A stretch of 64,000 bases of DNA from a bacterium (lineage in GTDB: Bacteria > Electryoneota > JAOADG01), in the NCBI GenBank assembly GCA_963681965.1, contig OY820579.1, positions 3,168,001 through 3,232,000 of the forward strand. The letters are read 5' to 3'. The stretch's first letter is position 1. Each line of letters begins with the position of its first letter. A program made the translations under genes and the position numbers. Shown here in pieces: positions 18,064 through 28,488 of this stretch. Below the pieces are notes generated by a model. The model was not told where the DNA came from and did not search any database. It was given only the letters and a program-made list of their open reading frames with translations.

Positions 18064-18651
18064 TCAATGAATATTCTTATCGTCAGTCATTTCTTGTTGC
18101 GTTAACAGTCGTTGAGCGTAGTTTCTCCAAGTGTCGTTGCCTCCGACCAAAGAGGATGATAGCATTTCCAATCCAACAGTTTTCACACCACGCATCTCCG
18201 TGCACAATTGCCGTGCCTTCACCTCGACATACACCGCTGTACCATTCAATCGACGATCAATATCCTGTGCGATCGATGATGCCAGAATCTCCTGTAAAGT
18301 TGGACGCTGTGCATGATATCGAACCAATCGAACGATGCCCGAGAAACCTAATACTTCATCGCGCGGGGGGATATATGCAATCGAAATCGAACCGAAAAAC
18401 GGGAGTAAGTGATGCGAGCAGAATGAATAAAAGGGGATGTCTCGAATCGCGATCGTTTCTTTGCTGGCATCGGGAACTTTGTAAAGTGATAACTGCGGTT
18501 CAGGTTCATGCATCGATCCAAAAAAATCTAAGTAAAATTCCGCGATCCGAGCAGGAGTCTTGGCGAAATCTTCGTCAGGTTCAATGCCTAAACCCTCAAT
18601 CAGCATTGTTATCGATTCATTGATCTTTGTGCAATCAATCGCGCCTTTCAT
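18064..18651 (-). CDS. folE: GTP cyclohydrolase I (divergent)
   Basis: TPARIA, RDIPFYSFCSHHLLPF, LQE, CTEMRGV; near ftsH as is common. Confidence 0.8.
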   Translation of the reverse strand: MKGAIDCTKINESITMLIEGLGIEPDEDFAKTPARIAEFYLDFFGSMHEPEPQLSLYKVPDASKETIAIRDIPFYSFCSHHLLPFFGSISIAYIPPRDEVLGFSGIVRLVRYHAQRPTLQEILASSIAQDIDRRLNGTAVYVEVKARQLCTEMRGVKTVGLEMLSSSLVGGNDTWRNYAQRLLTQQEMTDDKNIH

Positions 18652-18750
18652 ACTTCCACCTTCTTTGTACTTCACCGATCGAGCGTACTTGCTTCGATGT
18701 AAAAAACGGGCGACCGATTGTCCGCCCGTTTAGTATTCATCAAAATGTTT

Positions 18751-19518
18751 TTACCGTTTGACAACCGTGTCGGCGAGAACCGAATCGATCTGCGTATTCA
18801 TCTTCATTCTCGCATTTCGTTCTGCTTCATTCTTGCGTAAACGTTCGTAAAGCGTGTCGGGTTCTTGTCGGGTACCCGGAAATCCTTTTTGCTGCTCAAC
18901 CGGTGCTGGTTCTAAATCGAAATACAAAATCGCATTTTCGCCGCGATGTAAATTTACTTCCTGCCATTGCGGTCCCTTAAGTCGATATCCCGCTTTATGG
19001 ACTGAGATGAGATGACGACCGATCGGAATTTCGGAAATTACCGAATCGGTTAAAAACGAAGTGGTATCGTTGTTGAAGATAATGCTGGCACCGCGAATAT
19101 TCGATGCGACACGGATTGAGCCGGGATTCGGTCGGAAAAAGAAAATCAAGATCCCACCGGTTAACAACACGATTACAATCAATCCAGTTAAGATCCAGCG
19201 GACTTTACGTTGCCCCCCTTCAATGTCGTCAATCTCTTCGCCAATTTTATCCTCAAGGGCTTGTGCGCGATCCCTAGGATACCATTCAACCGTGCCATCC
19301 TCGTCGACTACGCGAACATAGCCCAGATTCGTGTAATATTTATCACGCTCTTCTTCGACGATGCGTCGAATTCGTTCTGCTTCAACGATTTTCTGTTCGC
19401 GGACTTCCAACGATTTCACTTCGTCTTGAAGTCGTTCGGACTGTTCCATCAAACGCTTGCGAATTTGCTCTCGCAAAATTTCATCTTTTGAGTCTCGCTC
19501 GCGATCGGATTGATTCAT
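18751..19518 (-). CDS. Bitopic membrane protein with coiled-coil N-terminus and periplasmic PEGA domain
   Basis: Charged helical N-terminus, one TM helix, 'GSIRVASNIRGASII...GRHLISVHKAGY' PEGA signature. Confidence 0.75.
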   Translation of the reverse strand: MNQSDRERDSKDEILREQIRKRLMEQSERLQDEVKSLEVREQKIVEAERIRRIVEEERDKYYTNLGYVRVVDEDGTVEWYPRDRAQALEDKIGEEIDDIEGGQRKVRWILTGLIVIVLLTGGILIFFFRPNPGSIRVASNIRGASIIFNNDTTSFLTDSVISEIPIGRHLISVHKAGYRLKGPQWQEVNLHRGENAILYFDLEPAPVEQQKGFPGTRQEPDTLYERLRKNEAERNARMKMNTQIDSVLADTVVKR

Positions 19519-19580
19519 TTGGGGTTCTCCACCCGATATTTCAATGCATTAATAGTTAATCGTAAGTTACTACAATTAAA

Positions 19581-21518
19581 CTACGAATTCGAATTAAGTT
19601 TTTTCAATGGTGGTAACTCGACACCGGAAATTACTAATTCGATCTCTTCCGAATCAAGTATTTCTCGCTCAATCAACGCTTTCGCAATGCGATGCAATTG
19701 CTCCATGTTGTCCGAGAGAATTTGCTCCGCTCGATCCGAGGCATACTGAAGAATACGCCGGACTTCCTTATCGATCTTAACCGCGGTTTCTTCGCTATAG
19801 GCGCGATGACGCGTCATTTCGCGACCGAGAAAGATTTCCTGTTCATTGGCACCGTATGCCAACGGACCCATTTCGTCCGACATGCCCCATTCGCAAACCA
19901 TCTTGCGCGCATATTCAGTGGCTCGTTCAATATCGTTTCCAGCACCAGTGGTCACTTGATTCAGAACTAGCCGTTCTGCCGCACGACCACCCATCAGATG
20001 GATCAATAACCCTTCAATATAGGATCGCGAGTAGTTGTGCTTTTCATCAACCGGTAAATAGTGCGTCAATCCCAATGCACGCCCACGCGGAATAATTGTC
20101 ACCTTGTGCACGGGATCGCTGCCCGGTGTAAATCTCGAAACCAATACATGACCCGCTTCGTGATAGGCTGTCGATTTCTTTTCTTGATCGGAAATCAACA
20201 TACTTCGACGTTCTTTGCCCATCATGACTTTGTCTTTGGCTTCTTCGAAATCTTCCATCACAACTTTATCGGCACCGCGACGAGCTGCATTCAACGCCGC
20301 TTCATTAACCAAATTCGCTAATTCGGCACCAGCCAATCCTGGCGTACCTTTCGCTAAAGTGGATAGATCGACATCGGTACCGATCGGCACTTTCCGAGTG
20401 TGTACCCGGAGAATTCCTTCTCGACCGCGCACATCGGGACGATCAACCACGACTTGCCGGTCGAATCTTCCCGGACGCATCAATGCCGGATCGAGTACGT
20501 CGGGACGGTTCGTTGCCGCCATCAGGATGACGCCTTCGTTCGACTCGAAGCCATCCATTTCCACGAGCAGTTGATTCAACGTCTGTTCGCGCTCGTCGTG
20601 TCCTCCCCCTAATCCTGCCCCGCGATGTCGCCCTACCGCGTCAATTTCATCGATAAAAATGATACACGGCGCGTGTTTCTTGCCTTGTTCGAATAAATCA
20701 CGCACGCGGCTTGCACCTACACCGACAAACATTTCCACAAAATCGGCACCACTCATCGAGAAAAATGGAACATCGGCTTCGCCAGCGATAGCCCGTGCCA
20801 ACAGAGTTTTACCAGTACCCGGAGGACCCAGCATCAATACACCCTTGGGGACACGTCCACCCAAACGGGTGAATTTCTTGGGATCGCGCAAGAAATCGAT
20901 GACCTCGCGCAACTCTTCTTTCGCTTCATCGGCACCGGCAACATCTTCAAACGTTACGCGATTCTTATTTTCAATAACCAACTTGGCACGCGATTTACCG
21001 AAATTGAAGACACCGCGACTCGATCCGCCTCCCTGCATCCGCTTTAAGAGATAGATCCAGACTGCTAGCAAAATAACCCAAGGAAGCATTGTACTGAGAA
21101 TAACATAAAACCAGCTAGTGGTCTTTTCCTTGAATTCGTACTCAACGCCTTGTGCATCCCACAGATCGGTGGTCTCGACCGGAACTTCCTGAAACGGAAG
21201 GATCGTCTGAAACTTGCCATTGGGGATCATTGCCGCACGCGCGGAAGCATTTGGTTTCAATTCGCCGGTAAAGATCCGGTCGACAATCGTTCCTCGGGCT
21301 ACTTGACCGCTTTCGACCAATTCCTTAAACCGAGGATAAGCGATCGTCGATGCTTCATCCTTCGATTTATCGAATGTGTTATAAAGTAACACAGTCATGA
21401 TAACGAAGAGCATCAATATGAAGAAGCCGCGACTAGCTTTCTGCCAGTCGAATTTATTGTCACCCCTTGGTTTCGGTCGTCGAGGCGTTTCCGGTTCTCG
21501 AGACGATGGTGATTCCAT
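19581..21518 (-). CDS. ftsH: ATP-dependent zinc metalloprotease FtsH
   Basis: Two TM helices, [18 protein letters not shown] region, HEAGH. Confidence 0.98.
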   Translation of the reverse strand: MESPSSREPETPRRPKPRGDNKFDWQKASRGFFILMLFVIMTVLLYNTFDKSKDEASTIAYPRFKELVESGQVARGTIVDRIFTGELKPNASARAAMIPNGKFQTILPFQEVPVETTDLWDAQGVEYEFKEKTTSWFYVILSTMLPWVILLAVWIYLLKRMQGGGSSRGVFNFGKSRAKLVIENKNRVTFEDVAGADEAKEELREVIDFLRDPKKFTRLGGRVPKGVLMLGPPGTGKTLLARAIAGEADVPFFSMSGADFVEMFVGVGASRVRDLFEQGKKHAPCIIFIDEIDAVGRHRGAGLGGGHDEREQTLNQLLVEMDGFESNEGVILMAATNRPDVLDPALMRPGRFDRQVVVDRPDVRGREGILRVHTRKVPIGTDVDLSTLAKGTPGLAGAELANLVNEAALNAARRGADKVVMEDFEEAKDKVMMGKERRSMLISDQEKKSTAYHEAGHVLVSRFTPGSDPVHKVTIIPRGRALGLTHYLPVDEKHNYSRSYIEGLLIHLMGGRAAERLVLNQVTTGAGNDIERATEYARKMVCEWGMSDEMGPLAYGANEQEIFLGREMTRHRAYSEETAVKIDKEVRRILQYASDRAEQILSDNMEQLHRIAKALIEREILDSEEIELVISGVELPPLKKLNSNS

Positions 21519-21563
21519 GATTTTTTACACTTTCGCTAAGAAATATGAATATGGATGAGAATA

Positions 21564-22583
21564 TTAATGATACGTAGCAAAATCAATTGGTGTATTGCCG
21601 GTAATACGAATGCTCGATTGAAACGTACAATGCAGTTTCGTTAGCCGATAGGTAATATCGATTCCCAGTTTCCCTACTGATCCCCATCGTCGATCGGAAA
21701 TCGTTCTGGTAAATTGAGTCCGGTTACCGCCGGGGATGCCACCCGGTTCGATTTGATAGTAAAGAGCGACACGGTCAATAAAGACTTGTAGGGTCTCGTC
21801 ACGAAATTCGACCAATATCCGACTATCTGCGACTAGCAGCGAATCGTGAATTTCGACTAAGTCCGACCAAATCCGGTCTAATTCTGTGGCTGCTTCATCG
21901 AGCTGAGAACGAGCCGATGCGGCAATCTGTTCCATTTGCACGATTGTAGCTTCATACTCGACTGGACTCAATTTCATCCAATCGGCACGGATCGAGTTGC
22001 GCAATCCGTGATTTCGATCATCGTTGGTTGGATCTTCCAGCCATGTTTCGTGATTTGTCCGCAACCAATCGCGTAATGTTGCCCGCGTAAGCTGTAAGAA
22101 TGGTCGATAAACCTCAAGCTCATGCTGTGAATCGATTCGGTGCACTCGCCGTTCAGGAATCCCGGATAGTGCTTTCAAACCCTGTTTTCGATGTAATGCG
22201 ATGGCTACCGTTTCGGCAAAATCATCCCGGGTATGTGCCGTGACCAATTGCTTCATGTTACTTGCGATAGCGATCTCGCTCAATGCGAGATACCGCAATT
22301 TTCGACACTTCGCCTCATAACCGGCACCACCCCGCGATACTTCGGCGATTGCTTTGACTGACGCGACCATTCCCAACCGAGTCGCCAAATTGACAACAAA
22401 TAATTCCGATTGGTGCTGCCACAATGAATCGCCATGACGGACATGCCCGATGACAGCCTCGACGCCGCGAATTCGATACCAAAGAGCCAGTGCGACACTA
22501 TCTCCGCCTCCAGATACACCCAATAGGCTGGATTCCGGACAACTAGGATAATATAACATCTCGAAGGGGTATTCGAAATTCAT
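21564..22583 (-). CDS. tilS: tRNA(Ile)-lysidine synthetase (short form)
   Basis: SGGGDS PP-loop, RKLRY, AHTRDDFAET, RPFL, EDPTN, RNSIR; upstream of ftsH. Confidence 0.88.
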   Translation of the reverse strand: MNFEYPFEMLYYPSCPESSLLGVSGGGDSVALALWYRIRGVEAVIGHVRHGDSLWQHQSELFVVNLATRLGMVASVKAIAEVSRGGAGYEAKCRKLRYLALSEIAIASNMKQLVTAHTRDDFAETVAIALHRKQGLKALSGIPERRVHRIDSQHELEVYRPFLQLTRATLRDWLRTNHETWLEDPTNDDRNHGLRNSIRADWMKLSPVEYEATIVQMEQIAASARSQLDEAATELDRIWSDLVEIHDSLLVADSRILVEFRDETLQVFIDRVALYYQIEPGGIPGGNRTQFTRTISDRRWGSVGKLGIDITYRLTKLHCTFQSSIRITGNTPIDFATYH

Positions 22584-22602
22584 GAATTAACAAGCTTTTG
22601 CA

Positions 22603-25125
22603 TTATTGATTGAGAAATCTATGAATAAAGATTACAGTACGATCGTCGGACGGGGGCGCATTGGCAGTAACTGAAGTTACATCGATAAATAGTTGATCCA
22701 GTGCTTCCTGTGCAGTTTGTTCGCGGGAAGCAAGCAAAGTCGATTGCAATCGATCATGTCCATAAAAGTTGATTGAATCCGCTGTCGCTTCGGAAATACC
22801 ATCGGAGTAGATCAAAAGTCGATCACCATAATCTAGTTTCACTTCGCCATTGCTGTACTTCATTCCGGTGAATGCACCAACTACCGCTCCCCCCTCTCGA
22901 AGCTCTTGGATTTTTCCGTGGCTTAAGAGTAGCGGGTTTTCGTGACCGGCATTGACATACTTTAACACACCCGTTTCGCAATCCAATACAGCCAGGAATA
23001 GTGTCACAAACAATTCTGATGATGTCGTTCGGTATACCGCCTCATTCAATTTGGTGACGACGATTTCCGGATTGTCGAACATCGAGCAGAGTGTTCGAAG
23101 TGTTGCTTGTACATTCGACATTAATAGTGCCGCCGCCATCCCCTTACCTGAAACATCTCCGAGTGATATGACAATTCTATTCTCAGATAATGGTTGAAAA
23201 TCGTAAAAATCGCCGCCCACATCTTCGGCAAATTCATTACGAGCTGACAGTTCCCAGCCCGGAAGTACCGGAGGGGAATTAGGCATCAAATTCTTCTGGA
23301 TCGATCGTGCTATCTGAAGATCGGCTTTGATTCGTTCTTTGATTTGGATCTCTGCCAGCATTTGCTTGATATCTTCAGCCATTAGATTGAACGAATAGGC
23401 AATTTCACCTAATTCGTCTTTCGATTCAATTGGAATTCGATGGCCAAGTTCACCTCGTCGTAATGCTAAAGTTCCGGTAATCAACCGATCGGCACTCGAT
23501 GAGATTAGTCTAGTAATTTGAAATCCAATATTTATCGCAACTAACCCAATAACAAATAATATTGTCGATAAGCCTAATTGAAGGATGGTGATAAACCGCA
23601 ATACCGGATTCTCTCGACCCGAAAACGTGATATAGATCCGATCGATCGAACTGTATAGCGTAACCAATGTTGACCAGGTAATTGCATGTTGATCGAAAAC
23701 AATCGTTTGATACGGTATAAATCCAATTGGAAAGGACTGGGCTAAAAATCCGTTCGTACTATCTCGACCCACAGTAGACAGCAAAACATCCTTTTCATCT
23801 TCTTTTTTTGGCGAAACTGGTAGCGGATTATTCGTATTAAAGACAATCGCATCGGGATTTTGCTGTGGAATGGAAGTGACTTGGATATCTACATCGGCAA
23901 TCGATTTGCTGTGTAAGAGATCCCTCTGTGTGATCGGGTGCGCCATGCAGTACAGCGAACCTTCCCGCTCCACAAAGACCAACCACATCATCCGATTCAT
24001 CGCCAGTCCGAGACTGGAATATGGCGGAGATAGGATCTCTTTGGTCAGAAAATGCTTAAATAACTTGTTACTATCGGCGACCGGCGAATAGCGATAGAAA
24101 GTTTGCTTCGATTTGGTGACTACTTTTTGCCAATGATACCTCATCACATAGTTTTCAGCATTGGAAACACGCTGAACTGCCACACTATTGTCTTCAATCT
24201 GTTTCAGATCCTCAAGCGGCATATTACTCAATTTTAAAATCATATCTTTCGTCGGTTCAAGTACTAACGAGTTCGCGACCCGGCTGGAAAATCCCGATAA
24301 CCAAACGAAACCCACGAGTGACATGATAAAGATCAGTAGCACGGTTGGAAGAAGACTTGTAAATAAAAAAGAAATAACGAGTTTCGACCGAATCGGTGAA
24401 TTTTCGCGAATATTGCGAATGATCGGTGTTCCGACCAAACGGATAATCGCTAGCATCGAGCCGCAAAGCAGTAATAAGCGATTAAATTCCAGCGCTTCAC
24501 TAAAATATTTCGGCAAAAAGAGTTCACGATAGATCGAATTATCGGAAATATTACTAATCAGAATAGAAAAGGTAATCGAATAGATAAAGATTGTTAAAAT
24601 AAGTTTAATCAAACCCTTCGTTCGATCTGTCGCGTCACCACGCACAAATAAAGTCAATATCACGATTACTGCAATTAGATGTAGAATAGTGTGATGATAG
24701 ACTAAAAACGGGGCACCGATAACAACAAATGGCAGCAACCATTCCGGTTGTACGCTTTGCTTGAAGAGCGGCCACGACGGTCGAGGTTCTAGAATTAGTC
24801 GAAGCGAGTAAAATTGAAGCGACAGCATTAAAAATAGAACGACTATCGCAAGTAACGGGCGTGACGCGATGGGTAAGATTGACAATATTCCCGATGCGGC
24901 AAGTAAGATCCACAACCATTTCGGACTCAAACCCCGAGCCTCGACACCCCATGCAATACAGATTGAAGCGACAAATACAAAATGAAATGTACCCCAAACA
25001 CTCGTGCCATTCAGTAAATAGAGTACAGTAGCTAAGACAAAAAAGATGCCGCCGCATAATAGAATTATCCTGCGGGTAACATTCGAAACTGGAATGGAGA
25101 TCAATTTTTGGAGATAATTAGACAT
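22603..25125 (-). CDS. Multi-pass membrane sensor with HAMP and PP2C/SpoIIE (RsbU-type) phosphatase domain
   Basis: Many N-terminal TM segments, 'DELGEIAYSFNLMA' HAMP, VGGDFYD, GDVSGKG, NAGH, YSDG, DDRT. Confidence 0.9.
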   Translation of the reverse strand: MSNYLQKLISIPVSNVTRRIILLCGGIFFVLATVLYLLNGTSVWGTFHFVFVASICIAWGVEARGLSPKWLWILLAASGILSILPIASRPLLAIVVLFLMLSLQFYSLRLILEPRPSWPLFKQSVQPEWLLPFVVIGAPFLVYHHTILHLIAVIVILTLFVRGDATDRTKGLIKLILTIFIYSITFSILISNISDNSIYRELFLPKYFSEALEFNRLLLLCGSMLAIIRLVGTPIIRNIRENSPIRSKLVISFLFTSLLPTVLLIFIMSLVGFVWLSGFSSRVANSLVLEPTKDMILKLSNMPLEDLKQIEDNSVAVQRVSNAENYVMRYHWQKVVTKSKQTFYRYSPVADSNKLFKHFLTKEILSPPYSSLGLAMNRMMWLVFVEREGSLYCMAHPITQRDLLHSKSIADVDIQVTSIPQQNPDAIVFNTNNPLPVSPKKEDEKDVLLSTVGRDSTNGFLAQSFPIGFIPYQTIVFDQHAITWSTLVTLYSSIDRIYITFSGRENPVLRFITILQLGLSTILFVIGLVAINIGFQITRLISSSADRLITGTLALRRGELGHRIPIESKDELGEIAYSFNLMAEDIKQMLAEIQIKERIKADLQIARSIQKNLMPNSPPVLPGWELSARNEFAEDVGGDFYDFQPLSENRIVISLGDVSGKGMAAALLMSNVQATLRTLCSMFDNPEIVVTKLNEAVYRTTSSELFVTLFLAVLDCETGVLKYVNAGHENPLLLSHGKIQELREGGAVVGAFTGMKYSNGEVKLDYGDRLLIYSDGISEATADSINFYGHDRLQSTLLASREQTAQEALDQLFIDVTSVTANAPPSDDRTVIFIHRFLNQ

Positions 25126-25521
25126 GTAACGATTCCGGACACCGAAAGATAACTATTTCGATGACGACCCCCAAAGTAATTTGTTTATATATTTATTTAC
25201 ATCTAAATGTTACATTGATTAATATTCAATGCATACAAAGTAAAATACTTGATAAAGCTATCCCCCTCGGAGCAGTCTAAGATAACTCAGAAACACTTCT
25301 TTAACTAGAACGAATTCATAACTATTTATAATATGTTTCACGAAAGTCACATTGTGAATTTTTGTACTCTGTCGGATAACTTTGTATACTTTCACCGTTG
25401 TATTAGTATCTTCATTTCAATCAACAAATCGATGTTTTCTTGGTGTATTAGCCATGCTCCTGACACAACGTATCAGGAGCATTTTAAGCCCCAACGAGTG
25501 TTATTTTATTCGGAGGAATCA

Positions 25522-28152
25522 ATGAAACCACTGCGAAACATTCGCATTTCTGTTTTATTCTTATCGGTTGTTCTCTGCATTTTATCGCTGGTTTCATTCG
25601 CCAGCGCAATCCAATTTGCCGAGAATTTCGATGTCAGTGCCAAAGCTGCCTATGCTGCAGCCGATGTAACTATACATGGCAATACTTGGAATTTAGACGA
25701 TGTGCTTACCGGCAATATCGCGGGAGACAAGAAAAACGGAACTTACTCGTTACGTATGCGTGCTCCTGCTGCAGGTCAAGGCGTTACGATGAAGTTCGAT
25801 TACCCCTATGGCGCCAGCACCGTTCTAGTTTCCAGTGCAACTTATGGCAGTGATGCTGCAAGTTCTTGGAGTTTTTGGAAATCTACCGATCAGGGTGGAA
25901 CATGGACTCAGGTTGGTTCGGCAGTCACAACAACTGGAACCTTAACTGCAACGACATTCACAGTGAATGTATCGGGCAATATTCGATTTCAGATTCGTCG
26001 TGCTTCGGGTTCTTCCTCGACTCGCATCAACTTTGATGATTTCACGATTAATGGTTACGGTACTCCCACAATTGCAGTTACCCAAGGTAGCTCGATTGCC
26101 AACGGTGGTTCGAAAAGCTTTGGAAGTGTCAATCTTGGTTCATATACCGATTTAACATTCACAATCAACAACACCGGTAATGGCGCTTCTGCCCTGAGCT
26201 TCAACGATTTAACCGGTACCGATTTCAGTTTCCAAGGGACCAACCCCGCAGTCGTAACTGCCAGCGGATCTGCGACATTTACCGTTCGCTTTACTCCGAC
26301 TGCAGTCGGTTCACGAACCGCTACTGTCAATGTAACCAACGATCAAACTGGGAATACACCCTATGTGATCAACTTATCTGGAACTGGTGTTGGCGTTCCA
26401 AATCTAATGGCCAATATAGGTATCGATGTTCCCAATGGTGGCACGATTAATTACGGCGAATGTCTTATCGGAACAGCTTACGATTATCCAATCACGATCA
26501 ATAATAGCGGTACCGGTGCATCGGCATTGAGCTTCAGCGATCTTTCCGGTGAATTCACTTATTTGAATGCCAATCCTGCAACTGTTGCTGCCGGTAGTTC
26601 AGCAATCTTCACCGTTCGATTCATTCCGACTGCTGTTGGTCTGAGAAGCGGCTCCGTTAGCATTACGACTGACCAAGTCGGAAACACACCTTATGTAATC
26701 AATTTACAGGGTACTGGTACAGGTTCACCATCGCTATCAGTCGCAGTGGTTTCGACACCTGTCGCCAACGATGGAACGCAAGATTTCGGAACAGTGACAC
26801 TTGGTTCTTACTCCGATATCACTTTCAACATTCAAAATGTCGGCACCCTGCCCTCTAGCCTGAGCTTCAACTCGCTTTCAGGCGATTTCAGTTACCAAGG
26901 CTCTAATCCTTCCAGTATTGCTGCTAACTCCGGGCTAGAGTATTTTACCGTTCGCTTCACCCCAACAGCAATAGGTGCCAGAACTGCTACTATAAATATC
27001 ACGAACGACCAGTCGGGTAATTCTCCGTTTGTCATTCACCTAACGGGTACTGGTGGAAGTTATGCGACACCACCAATTGCGAATCCCGATCCAAATCCGG
27101 CTCCGCAAACACCGTGGACACCGACCATCCCGACTGATCCGACCATCGGTGATGTCCCGACGGCTCCAGTAGTGATCGACTTCCCGGCACAAGCTGGTCC
27201 GTATTCGAATCCGACCTCGATCACGGTAACACAGACCACGACCCCACCAGCAAGTCTGCTCGGTTCCGGCTTAGTGGATGCGAACCATACCATTGCGCGT
27301 TTTTGGACGATTACTCCAAATTCGGAAAACTTCGTCAATGCAACTTTGACACTGCATTTTGGATTGGCTGACCTCCCCGCCGGAATCGTTGATCCGATCA
27401 CTGCAGTTCCGCGATTGTATGCATTATACTCATCCAATGGTGTCAACTGGCACATTATGGATGGTGTAATCACCGGTCCCGATGCCAATGGCGTATACAG
27501 CTATACCGTCAGTGGTCTAAACCACTTCTCTGAATGGGGTGTTGGCAATGGCGCTTTGTTGCCCGTTCAACTTGCCACCTTCAATATCACATCATTCGAT
27601 AAAGGGATCCGCCTCAACTGGACGACTGAATCCGAATTGAATGTCAAGCGCTTCAAGATCGAGCGCTGGGCAAACGGTGACGAAAACAACGTTCAGACGA
27701 TTCTGCATGAGAGTAAGTCGGTCAACGGTAACAGCTCGACTACCCTGAATTATTCGGTGGAAGACAAATTCGCAGCGGTTCAGGGTCAGTACTATCATTA
27801 CCGGTTATCCGAAGAAACATTGGACGGTACGGTTACTGAACTCCGTTCGCGAGTAGTTGAGTACCGTGTGAAAACGTTCGAACTGCCCAAGGGCTTCGGT
27901 TTGTTAAAAGCATATCCGAATCCATTCAACCCCACCACGACGATTCGCGTTCAGCTTCGCGAAACCGCCACTGCTACCGTGTCAATTTACAACACGAATG
28001 GTCAGTTGGTTAGCACGCTATATCGCGGTCTTGTTGGAATCGAACCGATGAACCTCCAGTTCAATGCCGCAAATCTTCCCAGTGGCGTATACATGGTTCA
28101 AATCAGCAGCCCGAAATTCACGACCCAAAAGAAAATCGTTCTGATGAAGTAG
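25522..28152 (+). CDS. Secreted protein with three choice-of-anchor D (ASH/Ig-like) repeats and T9SS-type C-terminal domain
   Basis: GGAGG RBS and signal peptide; three 'FG.V...FTI.N.G...FTVRF.PT..G.R' repeats; LPVQL domain; AYPNPFNP...SGVY...KKIVLMK. Confidence 0.85.
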   Translation: MKPLRNIRISVLFLSVVLCILSLVSFASAIQFAENFDVSAKAAYAAADVTIHGNTWNLDDVLTGNIAGDKKNGTYSLRMRAPAAGQGVTMKFDYPYGASTVLVSSATYGSDAASSWSFWKSTDQGGTWTQVGSAVTTTGTLTATTFTVNVSGNIRFQIRRASGSSSTRINFDDFTINGYGTPTIAVTQGSSIANGGSKSFGSVNLGSYTDLTFTINNTGNGASALSFNDLTGTDFSFQGTNPAVVTASGSATFTVRFTPTAVGSRTATVNVTNDQTGNTPYVINLSGTGVGVPNLMANIGIDVPNGGTINYGECLIGTAYDYPITINNSGTGASALSFSDLSGEFTYLNANPATVAAGSSAIFTVRFIPTAVGLRSGSVSITTDQVGNTPYVINLQGTGTGSPSLSVAVVSTPVANDGTQDFGTVTLGSYSDITFNIQNVGTLPSSLSFNSLSGDFSYQGSNPSSIAANSGLEYFTVRFTPTAIGARTATINITNDQSGNSPFVIHLTGTGGSYATPPIANPDPNPAPQTPWTPTIPTDPTIGDVPTAPVVIDFPAQAGPYSNPTSITVTQTTTPPASLLGSGLVDANHTIARFWTITPNSENFVNATLTLHFGLADLPAGIVDPITAVPRLYALYSSNGVNWHIMDGVITGPDANGVYSYTVSGLNHFSEWGVGNGALLPVQLATFNITSFDKGIRLNWTTESELNVKRFKIERWANGDENNVQTILHESKSVNGNSSTTLNYSVEDKFAAVQGQYYHYRLSEETLDGTVTELRSRVVEYRVKTFELPKGFGLLKAYPNPFNPTTTIRVQLRETATATVSIYNTNGQLVSTLYRGLVGIEPMNLQFNAANLPSGVYMVQISSPKFTTQKKIVLMK

Positions 28153-28179
28153 TTACATTCAATCATCTTTTTACAGAGT

Positions 28180-28209
28180 GGGGTGCCCAAACGGCACCCC
28201 ATTTTGTTT
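28180..28209 (+). terminator. Rho-independent terminator
   Basis: ggggtgcc-caaac-ggcacccc followed by attttgttt. Confidence 0.7.
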
Positions 28210-28488
28210 GCCATAGACTTCGACTATGAATTTGTTATTCCGACGACTTACGATTATTAGTAGGTTTGAATACAATCATTATCTCTCAGAGAGAACGTTA
28301 GATCCCCCATAAATAACGGCTATTTTCCCAATTAATCAATTCTTTATTAAACATTTGGATCGATATCTCCGGAATTCAAGGGGAATTGAAATCAAAGATC
28401 GCGGGCTTTGGATTGTGGTTATAATAAACTCGAGCTAACTTTAAGCGATTGTCTCTCATTTTTTTTCTATAACTGGAGGATTAAATAA

